A stretch of DNA of 44,193 bases from Octopus bimaculoides (lineage: Eukaryota): the NCBI RefSeq assembly GCF_001194135.2, contig NC_068982.1, positions 106,841,364 through 106,885,556 of the forward strand, in the 5' to 3' direction. The notes beneath the pieces are model-generated. The model had not been told where the DNA came from. It saw nothing but the letters and a program-made list of their open reading frames with translations, and ran no database searches. Numbering within the stretch: the stretch's first letter is position 1; each line of letters begins with the position of its first letter. Shown piece after piece: positions 1 through 11,800 of this stretch. A program made the position numbers and the translations under genes.

Positions 1-98
1 GATGTAAAAATTTTTACGAAAAAGTGGAAAATGTGGATTTCTATAAACATTCAAAAAGGCTTCACACAAACACACAATTTCAGATTTATATATTAAGA
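1..98 (-). mobile_element. Probable Helitron-like 5' terminus running out of the window
   Basis: Minus strand reads a|TCTTAATATATAAATCTGAAATTGTGTGTTTG, the same A|TC..TATATA(T)AAA..TGTGTG pattern as the Helitron start at 27355. The 3' end is not visible. Confidence 0.45.
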
Positions 99-104
99 TT
101 GATG

Positions 105-410
105 TTGGTCGATAAATTAAGGAGCAGTCAAGTACTGGGGTCGATGTGATCGACTTTCCCCTCTCCCGCCAATTTCAGGCCTCGTGCATATAATAGAAAG
201 GATTATTGTTATTATTTGGCTGAATTGTCAAATCGGATAAAATGCTTTTACGTTCTAAGTTCAAATTCCGCCGAGGTCGACTTAGCCTGTCATCCTTTCA
301 GGGTTAATAAAATAAGTACCAGTTGAGCACTGGAGCCGATGTATTCGGCTTAGCCTCCCACACACATACACATCCTGAAATTGCTGGCCTCGTGCCAAAT
401 TTGAAACCAA
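105..410 (+). mobile_element. Two adjacent partial SINE copies with a Nin/Deu-like central domain
   Basis: Core ttcaaattccgccgaggtcgac...gcc..tcatcctttcagggt.aataaaataagtaccag, shared with copies at 20966, 21186 and 22836. It resembles the Nin/Deu SINE domain from recall. Confidence 0.75.
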
Positions 411-573
411 TATGATACTGTGTCTCATAAGAGCCAAATTACCAATTTGATTTCATATTAGAGGTAGAGAATCATCGAAAATGGCTGAATAGAATAGAAT
501 AGTTCTTTCTCTTTGGGGGCTTGGAAGAGTAAAATCCGTTTTGTGGTTAGTGGGGCAGTTATAGACCGAGAGT

Positions 574-936
574 GGAGGCGCAATGGCTCAGTGGTTAGGG
601 CAGCGGACTCGCGGTTTCGATTCCCAGACCAAGCGTTGTGAGTATTTATTGAGCGAAAACGCCTAAAAGTTCCACGAGGCTCCGGCAGGGGATGGTGGCG
701 AACCCTGTTGTACTCTCACCACAACTTTCTCTCACTCTTACTTCATGTTTCCGTTGTGCCTGTAATTCAAAGGGTCAGCCTTGTCACGCTGAATATCTCC
801 GAGAACTACGTTAAGGGTACACGTGTCTGTGGAGTGCTCAGCCACTTGCACGTTAATTTCACGAGCAGGCTGTTCCGTTGATCGGATCAACTGGAATCCT
901 CAACGTCGTAAGCGACGGAGTGCCAACAACAACAAC
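574..936 (+). mobile_element. Full-length tRNA-derived SINE with (AAC)n tail and target-site duplication
   Basis: A-box TGGCTCAGTGG (584-594), B-box GGTTTCGATTCC (613-624), (caa)n tail. Flanking near-direct repeat atagaccgaga (561-571) / ataaaccgaga (937-947). CpG-rich, so probably young. Confidence 0.88.
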
Positions 937-1029
937 ATAAACCGAGATGATATTCATGAAGAAACCACTCGGGCCAAACCCAAGGCAAAATTGTTAGTTC
1001 ATCAGAGTTATGTCCCTTGGATTTACTGA

Positions 1030-1375
1030 AACTGTTGGTCATGTCTTGCATTAACATGGATATGGTGATAAGAAATTGTCGGTGAAGTCAAGGTCCATAA
1101 GTTATCCCTATCTCTGCTGGATCCCCGTGAAATCCACTATCACCATGCAACGTCAGAAGACGGCAATGTGCTATGCATGCTCATGAAAATACCAGTGAGA
1201 GACACTCGAGTGGAAATTAGAGAAGGAACATAGGAGGCAAAGCCCTGTCAAAATTTGGTTGAGGACCGTGGAAGAGTGCCTAGGAGATATGGGTTTGGCT
1301 TGAGAGTAGGCTTCTGACAGGCTTGTGACTCTAATAGGTGGAGATCACTCATCGCCTGATACTCCATGGATAACC
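1030..1375 (+). mobile_element. Decayed RTE-type LINE 3' fragment
   Basis: Broken translation resembles the RTE ORF2 tail (GHV..., G.R..., ...ACDSNRWRSLI), with stops and frameshifts. Confidence 0.5.
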
Positions 1376-1959
1376 GAGAGAACTTTAAGATTGTCAGTTA
1401 TCTGTCGTTCTGTATGTCTGTCTATCTACCTACCTACTTACCAACCGACTCACCCACTTATCTACCTATTGATTCCATAGATAGGTAGATATGGATAGGT
1501 AAATAGAGAGAGTGTGGGAAAGTAGTAGTCTGGGAATGTGCTTTGTTGACACGTAAAACGCAGCACATAGAAATGCTGAGATCAGTGTAATCAAATATTA
1601 GCGCGTGTGCAAGTGTGTGTTGATGGACGTATGCGTTTGTATGTGTGTGTGTACGTGACAGACTAACATTTTCTCACTATTATTACTTTTGAAATCCCGG
1701 ATATTCCGCGCATTTTGTTAGTGATGGTGAAGATGAGAGCAAAATAAGGTAGTATAGAATGCATTAGAATAGATAGATAGATATACGGAGTTAGAGAGGT
1801 GGGGATGAGTGATAAACGAGGAAGTTGTGACAAGTGTTAGCTGAGATGGTAACAATAAGAGAAAAAAAAAGGAAGGGAAAAAAACGAATAATCGAGACAC
1901 GTTATAAATACCCACACTCGCGCACGTGTGTACACATACACATGGTGATTGCTCTATCT

Positions 1960-2335
1960 TCACAGATGATTGCCGTCTCTCTGAGCTTCCATGTTGTCAA
2001 TGGCATTTTTGAGATTCCGTCTGTGACCTCTCAAGTGACGATTCAGTCCCGCTGCAGATCTGTATAGTTTGAAGCATAAATGACAGACGAAAGTTTTAAC
2101 TTCCATTGGATCATTTAGTGAGATATGATTCTTGTGAACAGCCATAGGTCTCTGCAGGTCCGAAATCGACTTGCAAGCCCTTTCACACACTACATACGTT
2201 GAATCACCCGGTGTGGGAAGAAGGACGTTGCATATGTCCTTCATGGGATCTTCCATGGGACTTCAGATGGTTGATGTACATGGCCTAAGAAAGGAGTACA
2301 CAGCCAGACGTTTCACACTTCCAGCACTTTATGTT
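1960..2335 (-). pseudogene. Degenerate triple C2H2 zinc-finger remnant (LINE ORF2 tail or ZNF pseudogene)
   Basis: CETSGCVLLS*AMYINHLKSH, then after a frameshift YVVCERACKSISDLQRPMAVH (two ligands mutated) and an intact CHLCFKLYRSAAGLNRHLRGH. Confidence 0.7.
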
Positions 2336-2357
2336 CCCATTGAGGCTCTGAAGCACG

Positions 2358-2390
<33 letters not shown>

Positions 2391-2484
2391 TGTGTTTGCA
2401 GTGCCAGTATTCATATGAACATTTAGGCTGCTTGATTGGACGCTTAATGAAATTCGAGCCATTGATGTGAAAACCCGAAAAATA

Positions 2485-3260
2485 CTAGCACAACCTCAAG
2501 TATCAAAATATTCCCTATACTTTATCCTGGCCCGTTGTTTGCGAAGCTTCCCTGTTTAATACTAATCTCCGTGTTTGTAAATTGTGTTCAAAATCATTCG
2601 CTGTCCTTCCTCACCAAGTAATAACTCAATAGGTTCTCTGACGTAATCTTTTCATGCAAACACCTCTTTGCCCATTATGCAGTGTCTATAATTCCTAATT
2701 ACGATTAAGCCCCGACTTATCACTTCCCTCTCCCCTCCCTCCCTCTCTTCTTTCCATATCTCAGCATATCTTCCTTCACCACTGCCTCACCCTCATTCCT
2801 GGAATTCTTTCTTTCCTTACCTCTTCCTGTTTTTATTTCAGATCCCATCCCTAATTGTTTCGAAGATTGCTCTTCATTACTCCCCTCGCTCCTTACCACT
2901 GTCTCAGCAGCACCCCAATTCCGCTACCCACCATTCCTTTATTTCATTTCTTGCCTCTTCCTCTCTTTCTCTTTTGCCAGCGATCTCCATGGTTGATTTA
3001 ACGTCTGCTTTGTGACATACCCAACCACCAGTGGTGCCTCCTTTCACCATACAGACCTATCCTACCCCTTCCCACTTTCCTCTGGTTCTTCTATTTTTAT
3101 TGATCCCCCATCCTCCATTACTGACCTCTCCCACTATCCCTCCTCCACCTTGTATTTTTTCTTGCTCTTCCTCTACTTTTCTACGACTGTTTCCTAAGCC
3201 ACCTGCATCCTCCCTCTCTCTGTTTTTTAATCCTTTCTTCTTCTCCCCTTCAACCTTTAA
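2485..3260 (+). mobile_element. Penelope-like element 3' fragment (GIY-YIG C-terminus) followed by a pyrimidine-rich tail
   Basis: 2485-2690 translates as NLKYQNIPYTLSWPVVCEASLFNTNLRVCKLC, then after a frameshift LNRFSDVIFSCKH. This matches the Penelope pattern W.LK..I.W....C.LC...LN.R.E...C.H. 2700-3260 is CT-rich. Confidence 0.65.
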
Positions 3261-3270
3261 ATCACTCACA

Positions 3271-3928
3271 GTATGATGTGAACCGGGAAGTCTGCTGCAG
3301 AGACATTGAGCATGCTTTAGCAAGCTTAAAGGGATAAAGCAACGGGTTGTATGTAATGTTTCAAGTGGCATGGATGCTTTAAAAGCAGAACATCCCTGGA
3401 AGACGACAATCGATCTGGAAGACCTGTCATGAGCATCACCCCTGGAAATGTGGAGAAAATTCATCAGTTTGTGCATGAGGATTGTCGGAGGACAACTAAT
3501 GATGATTTGAAACATTTGAGGGAGGACATTCAGTAAAAGCAACCAGATCTGTGGAGCACAAAGAATTGGATTCTTCATGACAATGCACTGTCACGAAGGT
3601 CTCCTCATTCTTGAGTTTCCACCAAAAACAACATAAGTGTTGCTTCTGCACCTGCAGACTTCCATCTCTTCCCCAAGATGAAAATGCAGCTCAAAGGTTG
3701 CCATTTTAAACCTGTTGTCAGGATCAAGAGTGAATTGCAGAGGTCCTTGACTCACTTGACTCACAGAAAACGACTTCCAGGCCACATTCCAAAAGTGTCA
3801 GGAATGCTAGGACCGGTCTATTGCTACACAAGGTGACTATTTTGAAGGAGACGATGTTAAAAATTAGGTAAATAAGTTTTTCTTTATAAAGCATAACTAT
3901 TCCAGGAACTTTTTGATACCACTTTGTA
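3271..3928 (+). mobile_element. Internally deleted mariner (Tc1/mariner) remnant with right TIR
   Basis: GKSAAETLSML..NVFKWH..SLEDDNRSGRP..NVEKIHQFVHED, then WILHDNA and ADFHLFPKMKMQLKG..QGDYFEGDD. It ends in ttccaggaactttttgataccactttgTA. Confidence 0.85.
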
Positions 3929-3940
3929 AAACTGAGACAA

Positions 3941-4033
3941 TATAAGGGAGTGCTGAAAAGTTCCTGGCTTTGGGTAAAAGAAAATTTAGGAGAATCAAAA
4001 AATTGTGATTTTATTCAACATATCCCCCTCAGG
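3941..4033. mobile_element. Mariner-type TIR end (MITE fragment)
   Basis: TAtaagggagtgctgaaaagttcctggc resembles the TIR of the neighbouring mariner (caaagtggtatcaaaaagttcctgg). No partner end was seen. Confidence 0.5.
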
Positions 4034-4289
4034 TGGACAGCAGGTGCAGAAAGAAGGTAATTGATGAAGACAGTGGGTAAGGGAGGAAGGTAACTGGAGT
4101 GGGGGAGTAAAGGTGATTGAGAAAGCAAGGGAGTGTAGAATGTGCCTGTTCTGCTCTTGGATGATAGCGGAAGTGATGGATGTTAAGGAATGAAATGTGG
4201 GCGGTGGGAGGAGGTTGACAAGCAATACCAAGGTGGTTCTGGGATATCAATTCCATTAGGATATTAATTCTGTTGTAGTGAGTGAGTCT

Positions 4290-5090
4290 TGAGTACAAGG
4301 TGTCATATACCTCAGTCCTTTGTCGTCGTCTTTGTAAGGTTCAGTGTTTTGAGATTGGCCTTCAATACTTCATCCCATGTTTTCCTGGGTCTCCTTCTTC
4401 CTCAACTTCCCTCCACTTTAAGTGATTGCCATTTCTTTATGCAACTATCCTCATCCATCTGCATCGCATGGCAAAACCAGCAGAGTCTTCTCTCTTGCAC
4501 ACAGCATCTAATTCGTCTTATGCCTAACTTTTCTCTCAATACACTAGCACTCTGTTGCACACCCAGTGGAGCATACCAGCTTCCTTTCTTTCTAGTCTTT
4601 GCATGTCCTCTGCATTTAGGGCCCATGTCTCACTACTGTGTAACTTTGCTGTCTGTCCACATGCATCAGACAATCCTCCTTTCACTTAGAGAGAGAGACC
4701 TTTGGTTGCCAACAGTGGTAAAAGCTCTCTGAACTTTCTCCATCCTAATCTTATTCTAGCAATTACACTTTCAGTACATCTTCCTCCACTGCTAATTAGG
4801 TCACCTAAGTAACATGAATTATCTACTACTTGAAGAACCTCAAGGACATTTGAGGAAATCAGTATTCTGTGCATCTGTAGTCCTTAAGGCTCCTGTATGT
4901 CTTCCACATACAAACACTACTTTCTTTGTTAACCTTCCTATTATTCCACTGCACCTTTTGTGTTTCCATTACTTGCACCAGGTACACCAAATGGAGTTCA
5001 AGCCTACAACTTTTTTACATATTGAGCAGGGCTATTTACCTGAAATGGTGGGTAAATCCTATTTGAGTTCTTGCTTACTAGGACCTTAGC
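4290..5090 (-). mobile_element. RTE-clade LINE, post-RT C-terminal region, decayed
   Basis: VVDNSCYLGDLISSGGRCTESVIARIRLGWRKFRELLPLL ... SETWAL ... VLREKLGIRRIRCCVQERRLCWFCHAMQMDEDSCIKK..LKVEGS*GRRRPRKTW. Confidence 0.85.
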
Positions 5091-5823
5091 TTTTTTGCTA
5101 AGTTAACTTTAAGACCCTAGTAAATAAGATTTATTTATCAAAAATTTTTCCTTTTTTTCCAATTTTATAAACTTAAATTGAAATTCCATACGAAAATTTA
5201 ATTCAAATCAAGAAAAACATTTGTTTTTTGAAACCAAACTTTGATTCAAGTAAAAATTTCAATTCAAAACAATCTTTCTAATTGTTTCTTCTTAAAATAT
5301 TTTAATGAACTAACATTTATTTTCATTAATTTGAATTTAAAATCTTCAGAAAACAAAATAACAAAATGGGAAAAAAATTGAACCAAAATTTTTATAGGAA
5401 TCATTTAAAGTATTGTAATATATAATTTCCATGGGAATCTAAACAGTGTTGGTGGTGTTTGACAGATTTCCAATTTATTTTAATATCATTTGGAACTGAC
5501 TGAAAAATCAGAGACAAGGAGTATTTTGCTTGTAAGACAAATAAAACACTTCTTGATAAATTTTAAACCTTACATAGGAATGATATAGAGTCAATGTTTC
5601 AATACAAGTGTTGTCTTCTTTGAGTCAAACAAATATTGGTTTCTCATTGCCAATTCATAAAGTCATTATATTTTAGTGGAAAGGAAAATAAATGTGATGA
5701 ACATGAAACCAGACTTAAATTAATCAAATTATTTTTGTTCTATTTGTTTTTCATTCTTCTAAGAGTAAAATAATGAAGAGTAAAGTATCGAAAGTTATCC
5801 ATTGGATATTGTTAGTAAATGTT

Positions 5824-5878
5824 CTACATTGCTCTAGGGCAGTAACCTGGACTCAAAGGTTCAGCTGGAACACCACGC
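5824..5878 (-). CDS. HEXB: Hexosaminidase last coding exon (human exon 14 equivalent) with TAG stop
   Basis: tttag|G CGT GGT GTT CCA GCT GAA CCT...ATG TAG; [17 protein letters not shown]. Candidate AATAAA signals on the minus strand at 5474-5479 and 5316-5321 (unverified). Confidence 0.93.
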
Positions 5879-8800
5879 CTAAAATAAAATAAAAACAATA
5901 TTATAAAAAAAGCATTAACTTTATTTTGATGTTTTAAACAAGAAATTCATTAAATTGAATTGGGATATTTACAAACTCTGAGAGAAAAAGTTGTATCGAA
6001 AGCATGAGGAGTATTACTAAAGTTGAAACATGCCAAAACATACAAAAAAATTGAATATTTTGTTCAAGCGGCATCATTGTTTAGAAGCTGGGCCAGTCAG
6101 ATTTTTAAATCTTATTTCCCACCCCAACATTTCTCTTTCACTGCAAATACCTCTACATCCACTTTCTGTCCAACCAAATAACCTATTCTTTCCTTTTTTG
6201 ATTTCTGCCCAGCAATTACTTGAACACTACATTTGGCTGAAAAGCCATTATTTGAAATCTTAGCTTTTCTCACTTCTCATGGCAACAGAACAAACTCTTC
6301 TTTACTATTGTTATTGTTGCTAACCAATACTATAGTCAGAAGTTTTTTAGATTCTGAAATTACTCCAGCCAGTTTCATCCCTAAAGGGTCATGAGTCAGC
6401 TACTTGTTTTTTTTTTATTTGTACTTAAAAATTGTTTTATTTCAGTTACTTATATTCTGAAGATATATAATCACAGATATAAGAATGCTACTTCATAAGC
6501 CCAATTTGAAATATAAGTGAACTGTGCCTTTTGAATTTCTACTGCGCTTTAAAATATATTTTCAATCCTGAAAAGAACTCTAAATTTAACAACAGTTTCC
6601 GCCTGACTGGCCTTCGTGCCGGTGGCACGTAAAAGCACCCACTACACTCTCTGAGTGGTTAGTGTTAGGAAGGGCATCCAGCTGTAGAAACTCTGCCAAA
6701 TCAGATTGGAGCCTGGTGTAGCCATCTGGTTTCACCAGTCCTCAGTCAAATCGTCCAACCCATGCTAGCATGGAAAGCAGACGTTAAACGATGATGATGA
6801 TGATGTGTAAGGTAACCAAGATGATCAGTTTTAATATGTGCAGTATAGAAAAGGGGATTGAAAGCAACACATTTCTGTTTTATCCTTTCTTAAGATAAAA
6901 AAATATATGCTTAACTATTGTTTAGATAACAATATTTCTGCCTCACCATTTTTACTAGGTGTCATAGTGTACAGGAGCTTATCCCAGTTTTCTAAATGTT
7001 AAGAAGATAAAGTGATGCTAGTCATTTGAAAGTGTTGCACATGTAAGAATTTGAGTTCAAGAGAAAAAAGTAAAGAAACATTCATAAGTTAAACTGTGCT
7101 CTTCTATACTGACAATAATTAACAATATCTCTTTATAGTATTTATTTATTCAGTAACAGACAGACAGATAGATGGAACTGTGTCATAGAGAGTTTAGTTG
7201 ATAAGGACTAACTAGGACTATACAATTACATTGGCAATGAGGTCCTCGGTAAGCCCTGATTAACTTAGACACATTCACACTAGGTTATATATAAATAAGT
7301 ATCATAAAGAGACATTTTTAATCACTGACACTGACCTTTAGTCACTTAGCTAGCAACAAATGTCCTTCTCTGATAAATGATTTCTATTGCTGACATGAAA
7401 CCACACATTTTGAGGGGAAAGGTATAGTTGGTTAAATTTATCTAAGTAGTTGACTGGCACTTCATTTTACCAACCTCAAGAGTGAAAAGCAAAGGTGATC
7501 TTGACAAGATTTGAACTTGGAACAAAGAGCCTTAACTAAACACAGCATGATACTGTGTATGGGGCTTTTATTATTTTGTTATTCTACTATAGTTAACAAT
7601 AAGAAAAATTAATGAAGAATGTTGTGTGATATGGTTGGGGTATAGGTGATGGTAGTTGGTGAAGCATTATTTCCAAGCTATTTTTCAGGTTTTTTTATAA
7701 TATGCAAATGCTAATTCATACATAATTTGTGTATGAAGCAAATTTAAATTCAAGAAAAGATAAGTATTAAAACAGTAATTCTTACTTTAAAAGCCGACAT
7801 CTATGAAATTCTAAGCGAGTCTCTGCAGAAGCTATATTTGTTACACTAGCATCACTCCATAAACGTTCAGCAACAGCTGATGCTCTTGGCCTGTAAAAGA
7901 AAAAAAGTACTAACTCATATATACAGAAAACTCCAAGACAGTATGTCTTCTGTAGTTGATAGGGAAAAGAACAAAAAAAAAAAAACCTAGAAACAAGTAA
8001 ACGATATTAGTAACAGACAAAACAATCTGGAATAGATGAAAAGTAAAATTAACTTCAGCAAAGATTTAATTCACAACAGTTAGGTATCAGTGCCAAAGAT
8101 ATATGCTAGTTATATGCCAAGAATATATGTGCAAATGCATTTGTAGTAACTGAGTAGTGACAATGCAAGCCTTGAGAGAGCTCTTTAGAGTTACTCATGG
8201 TAAGCCACTATCTAGAGTACAGGTGCCACAAAACATGCACTCAGTACACTCTATGAAGTGGATGGTGTTAAGAAGGGCACCTAGCTATAGGAACCAGGTA
8301 AAACATGAGACATTGCAGTAAGGCATGGCCTTCTAACCTGTTGAATGCTGTCAAACTGTCTAACCTATGCTAGCAGAGAAGATAGATGTAAAAATAATGA
8401 TGACGATGATGATGATTTATATATTTTTGTGTAAGCAGTACACATATGGTACACCGTGCACCTGTTCAGACAACATTAATTTGATGGAGAGAGTAAGCTA
8501 ATGTGTGGCACAAACATTTTTGCAAAAGTGAACCCTCATACATCGTCTTCAACAGGAGAGTCTGTCATATATATATCACCATCATCATCATCATTTGCTA
8601 GTTGTAGAGATGATTAAAATATCTGGGCAAGTGGAATGCAAAATTAATCAAGTCATTCGAGAGGGCATCATTCCCAAGACTGGCATAGCAGTATCATTGT
8701 AAACTGATACAAGGACAAAGGCAATGCCTTAATGGAAAGCAACTATAGAGGAATCAAACTTCTAGGTCATGGAGAAAATCGTAGCCCAATAGACCTGGAT

Positions 8801-11800
8801 GAGATGCAGTTTGGCTTTGTTCCAAGAAGAGACACCGCAGATACAATCTACCTAGTGAGGCAACTGCAGGAGAAATACCTAACCAAAAATAAGCTGCTAT
8901 TCCTAGATTTCATTGATTTGTAGAAAGTATTTGACAAGTTATCACATTCAGTAATTTCTGAGGCTATGAGGAAATTTGATGCAAACAAACAATTTGTGTG
9001 AGCAGATCAAGCTATGTACAAGGATGCAGTATTTAAGGTGAGAGTTGGCAATAACTTCAATAATAGATTTAGCATGAAGGTAGGAGGCTATCAGGGTTGG
9101 GTCCTTAGTCCTTTTCTATTAATCATAGTCCTTCAATCCATCACTGAGAAGTTTAAGACTGGCTGTCCATGGAAACTCCAATATGCTGATGATCTAGTTC
9201 TCATAGTTGAATCTATTAGCCAAATGTGCCCAGGAGTTAAAAGATAATAGGGTTAGTTACGATTTGTATTGATTGGTACTGGGGCATACAGTAGCTTACC
9301 AGGGCAGTGGGAGGCCATGTGGGTTATGTACCAGGGAAGGAATTATTTTGGCCAATGGTAAGTACATCATTAATAAACATAGAAAAATAGGGATCTACTC
9401 CATCCACTGACAGAGAAAACATTCTGTTGTTACCAGCTGGTGATGTGTGATAGTATGCAAATGACCTCTCTAGCACAGAAGTTTGATTACTTGTATCTCG
9501 CATTTATCAGACTACTGATCTAATCTCCTTGTACTTTCTACATGTATACCATTGGATACCTTCTTGTCTCAGAGGTTTGCTCATTTGCACAATAGGGAAA
9601 AGTGTACATATTTGGAGCTTCAACATAGATTGTTATATTTATGGTGGAACACTGATGAGGCAAAATGCATGGCTGCATAATGTTTCTACCATTGTTATGC
9701 AATTATTCCAACATGTTGCTGAAATGTGTGTGTCTTATAAAGTTTAGAATACCACACATGGTTTCTGCTAATTTTTTCTATTATTTGGCTTGTACTTCAC
9801 ACTCTGGTCTATCCAGAGTTTGGTGTCCTTTTTTTTTTGGTATCCTGTTTTTTGTGCAAGATCTCGCTGGCAGCCATTACCATGTCTGAGACAAGAGTGA
9901 GATCTCGCCAACAACCATGTTTGCCATGCACGAGACCACAGCGAGACTCTCATGAGCAACATTTATTTAAGGAGGTGTATTAAGCAATTCGTCCTCTTTC
10001 TAGCATTGGCGCTCACATTGAACAACACTGCAAACTAGCAGCTCACAGCGGATTCTTAACCCACTCTAACTTTACCTGTTATCTCCAGAAGTAATGTACC
10101 TCACGTGAACGGAGCTACAACGAACCACGCGCTGCCATACAGATGGTCGCCGGGAGCAAACCCCATGAAATGAGAACTAAAATAAACAACCATTGAATTG
10201 CATCCGCTTGTAAGCTTCTTCTTCTTCTTCTACAGAAAATAATTATAATGGGAGAAGGAGATACTCTGCAGGTATCATGAACCTTCGAGACCCATTATAT
10301 ATATATATATATATAATCTTAGATATACACACATTGGTCTACTTCTGTACTCCAACCAACACTACTAATCATTTTATTTCTCACTATAGTTATTGAAACT
10401 TTTATCAAGTTCTATAAGAGAAAGATTAGATGAATAGCTTAATGGCCATATGAAAATGAAAGTGAAAAAAGCTTGGCAAGTTTTAGAGCAGCTGTTCACA
10501 TCAGCACTATTGACTATCACACTTTGATAATCCAGAATTCAAGTGAATTAAACATTAACAACAATATCAGAGATGACAGTGACAAAAACAAATAGATTCA
10601 ATACCTACCAAAGTCTGGGAGTAAGGTTGGTACCATCAACATATTCTCCCCACATACATACTTCACCTCCAATTACCAGTTCTTTCTGTTTAGTAGAACC
10701 TATGCAAATAAATAAAAATACATAGTTTAATTAGAGCAATTTATTGTCATAATGACAGGATCTGTCAGTTCATCACACACACAAGTGTGCTTCTCCCCAT
10801 ACATACAGAGTTCATTTCATTAATCGCAACGGTCGGTCGGTCGGTCGGTCGGTCGGTCGGTCGGTCGGTCGGTCGGTCGGTCGGTCGGTCGGTCGGTCGG
10901 TCGGTCGGCCAGCCAGCCAGCCTGCCTGCCTGCCTGCCTGCCTGTCTGCCTGTCTGTCTGTCTGTGAATGTTTACGAAAAAGCTACATTGAGCTACAGAC
11001 TGTGATGCTGCCATTTCTGGTTGGCATCATCTGGCGATATTTGTTGTCATTTTCTATCAATAAATTTTCCACTAGCTTTCCACTTTTGAATTTGTTTGGA
11101 ATAGAAGAAAGAAACTGCTTTAATTGAAAAACAGGTAAAGGTTGACAAAAAAAGGTGCTGCTGCCAAAAGTCCTGCTTGAATTACCTTCCTTCTAAACTA
11201 TGAAAACACAGAAAACAGATGCTAAACAAAACAACGATTGAAAGACATTGTGTGTGTGTGTGTGTGTGCATGCACACATGCATATATACACACATATATA
11301 GCTAATAGCTAAAAGTAAGCTACTGTACTAGCATTCATTGACTTGGAGAAAGCTTCCGATGGACATTTGATCCCTCATCTGGTGGTCCCTGAATAAGATA
11401 GGAGTAGAATGTCATGTATAAGCTATACAAGCCATATACAAAGGTAAAATATGTAAGGTGAGAGATAACAATGAGTATAGCAATGAATTTAGTGAACAGG
11501 CAGTAGTTCACCATGGCTTAATTCTCAGCTACCTCCTATTCGTTAGTCCTCCAGGTCATAACAGAAGAAGTTAAGACTGGCTGTCCTTGGAAACTATAAT
11601 GCTGATGACTTCATTCTTATAGTAGAATCTGTAGTAGAATCAGAAAAGAAATTCCAGGTGAGGAAGCAAAACTGGAAATCAAAGAGCCTTAAAGTTAACA
11701 AAAACCAAATTTCGAATAAGCAGGAAAACAAACAAGATTCCACTCACTTCAGAAAATGCCACAACTTGATAAGTAAGAAAGGAGTAAGAAGAAATTCTAT

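Noticed and set aside
574-650. tRNA-like A and B boxes
   Set aside because: The anticodon region is deleted, and the sequence runs on into a SINE body with (AAC)n tail and TSD. Not a tRNA gene.
5100-5420. Very AT-rich stretch with many A/T tracts
   Set aside because: No repeat unit or periodicity could be established by eye. Consistent with ordinary 3' UTR/downstream sequence.
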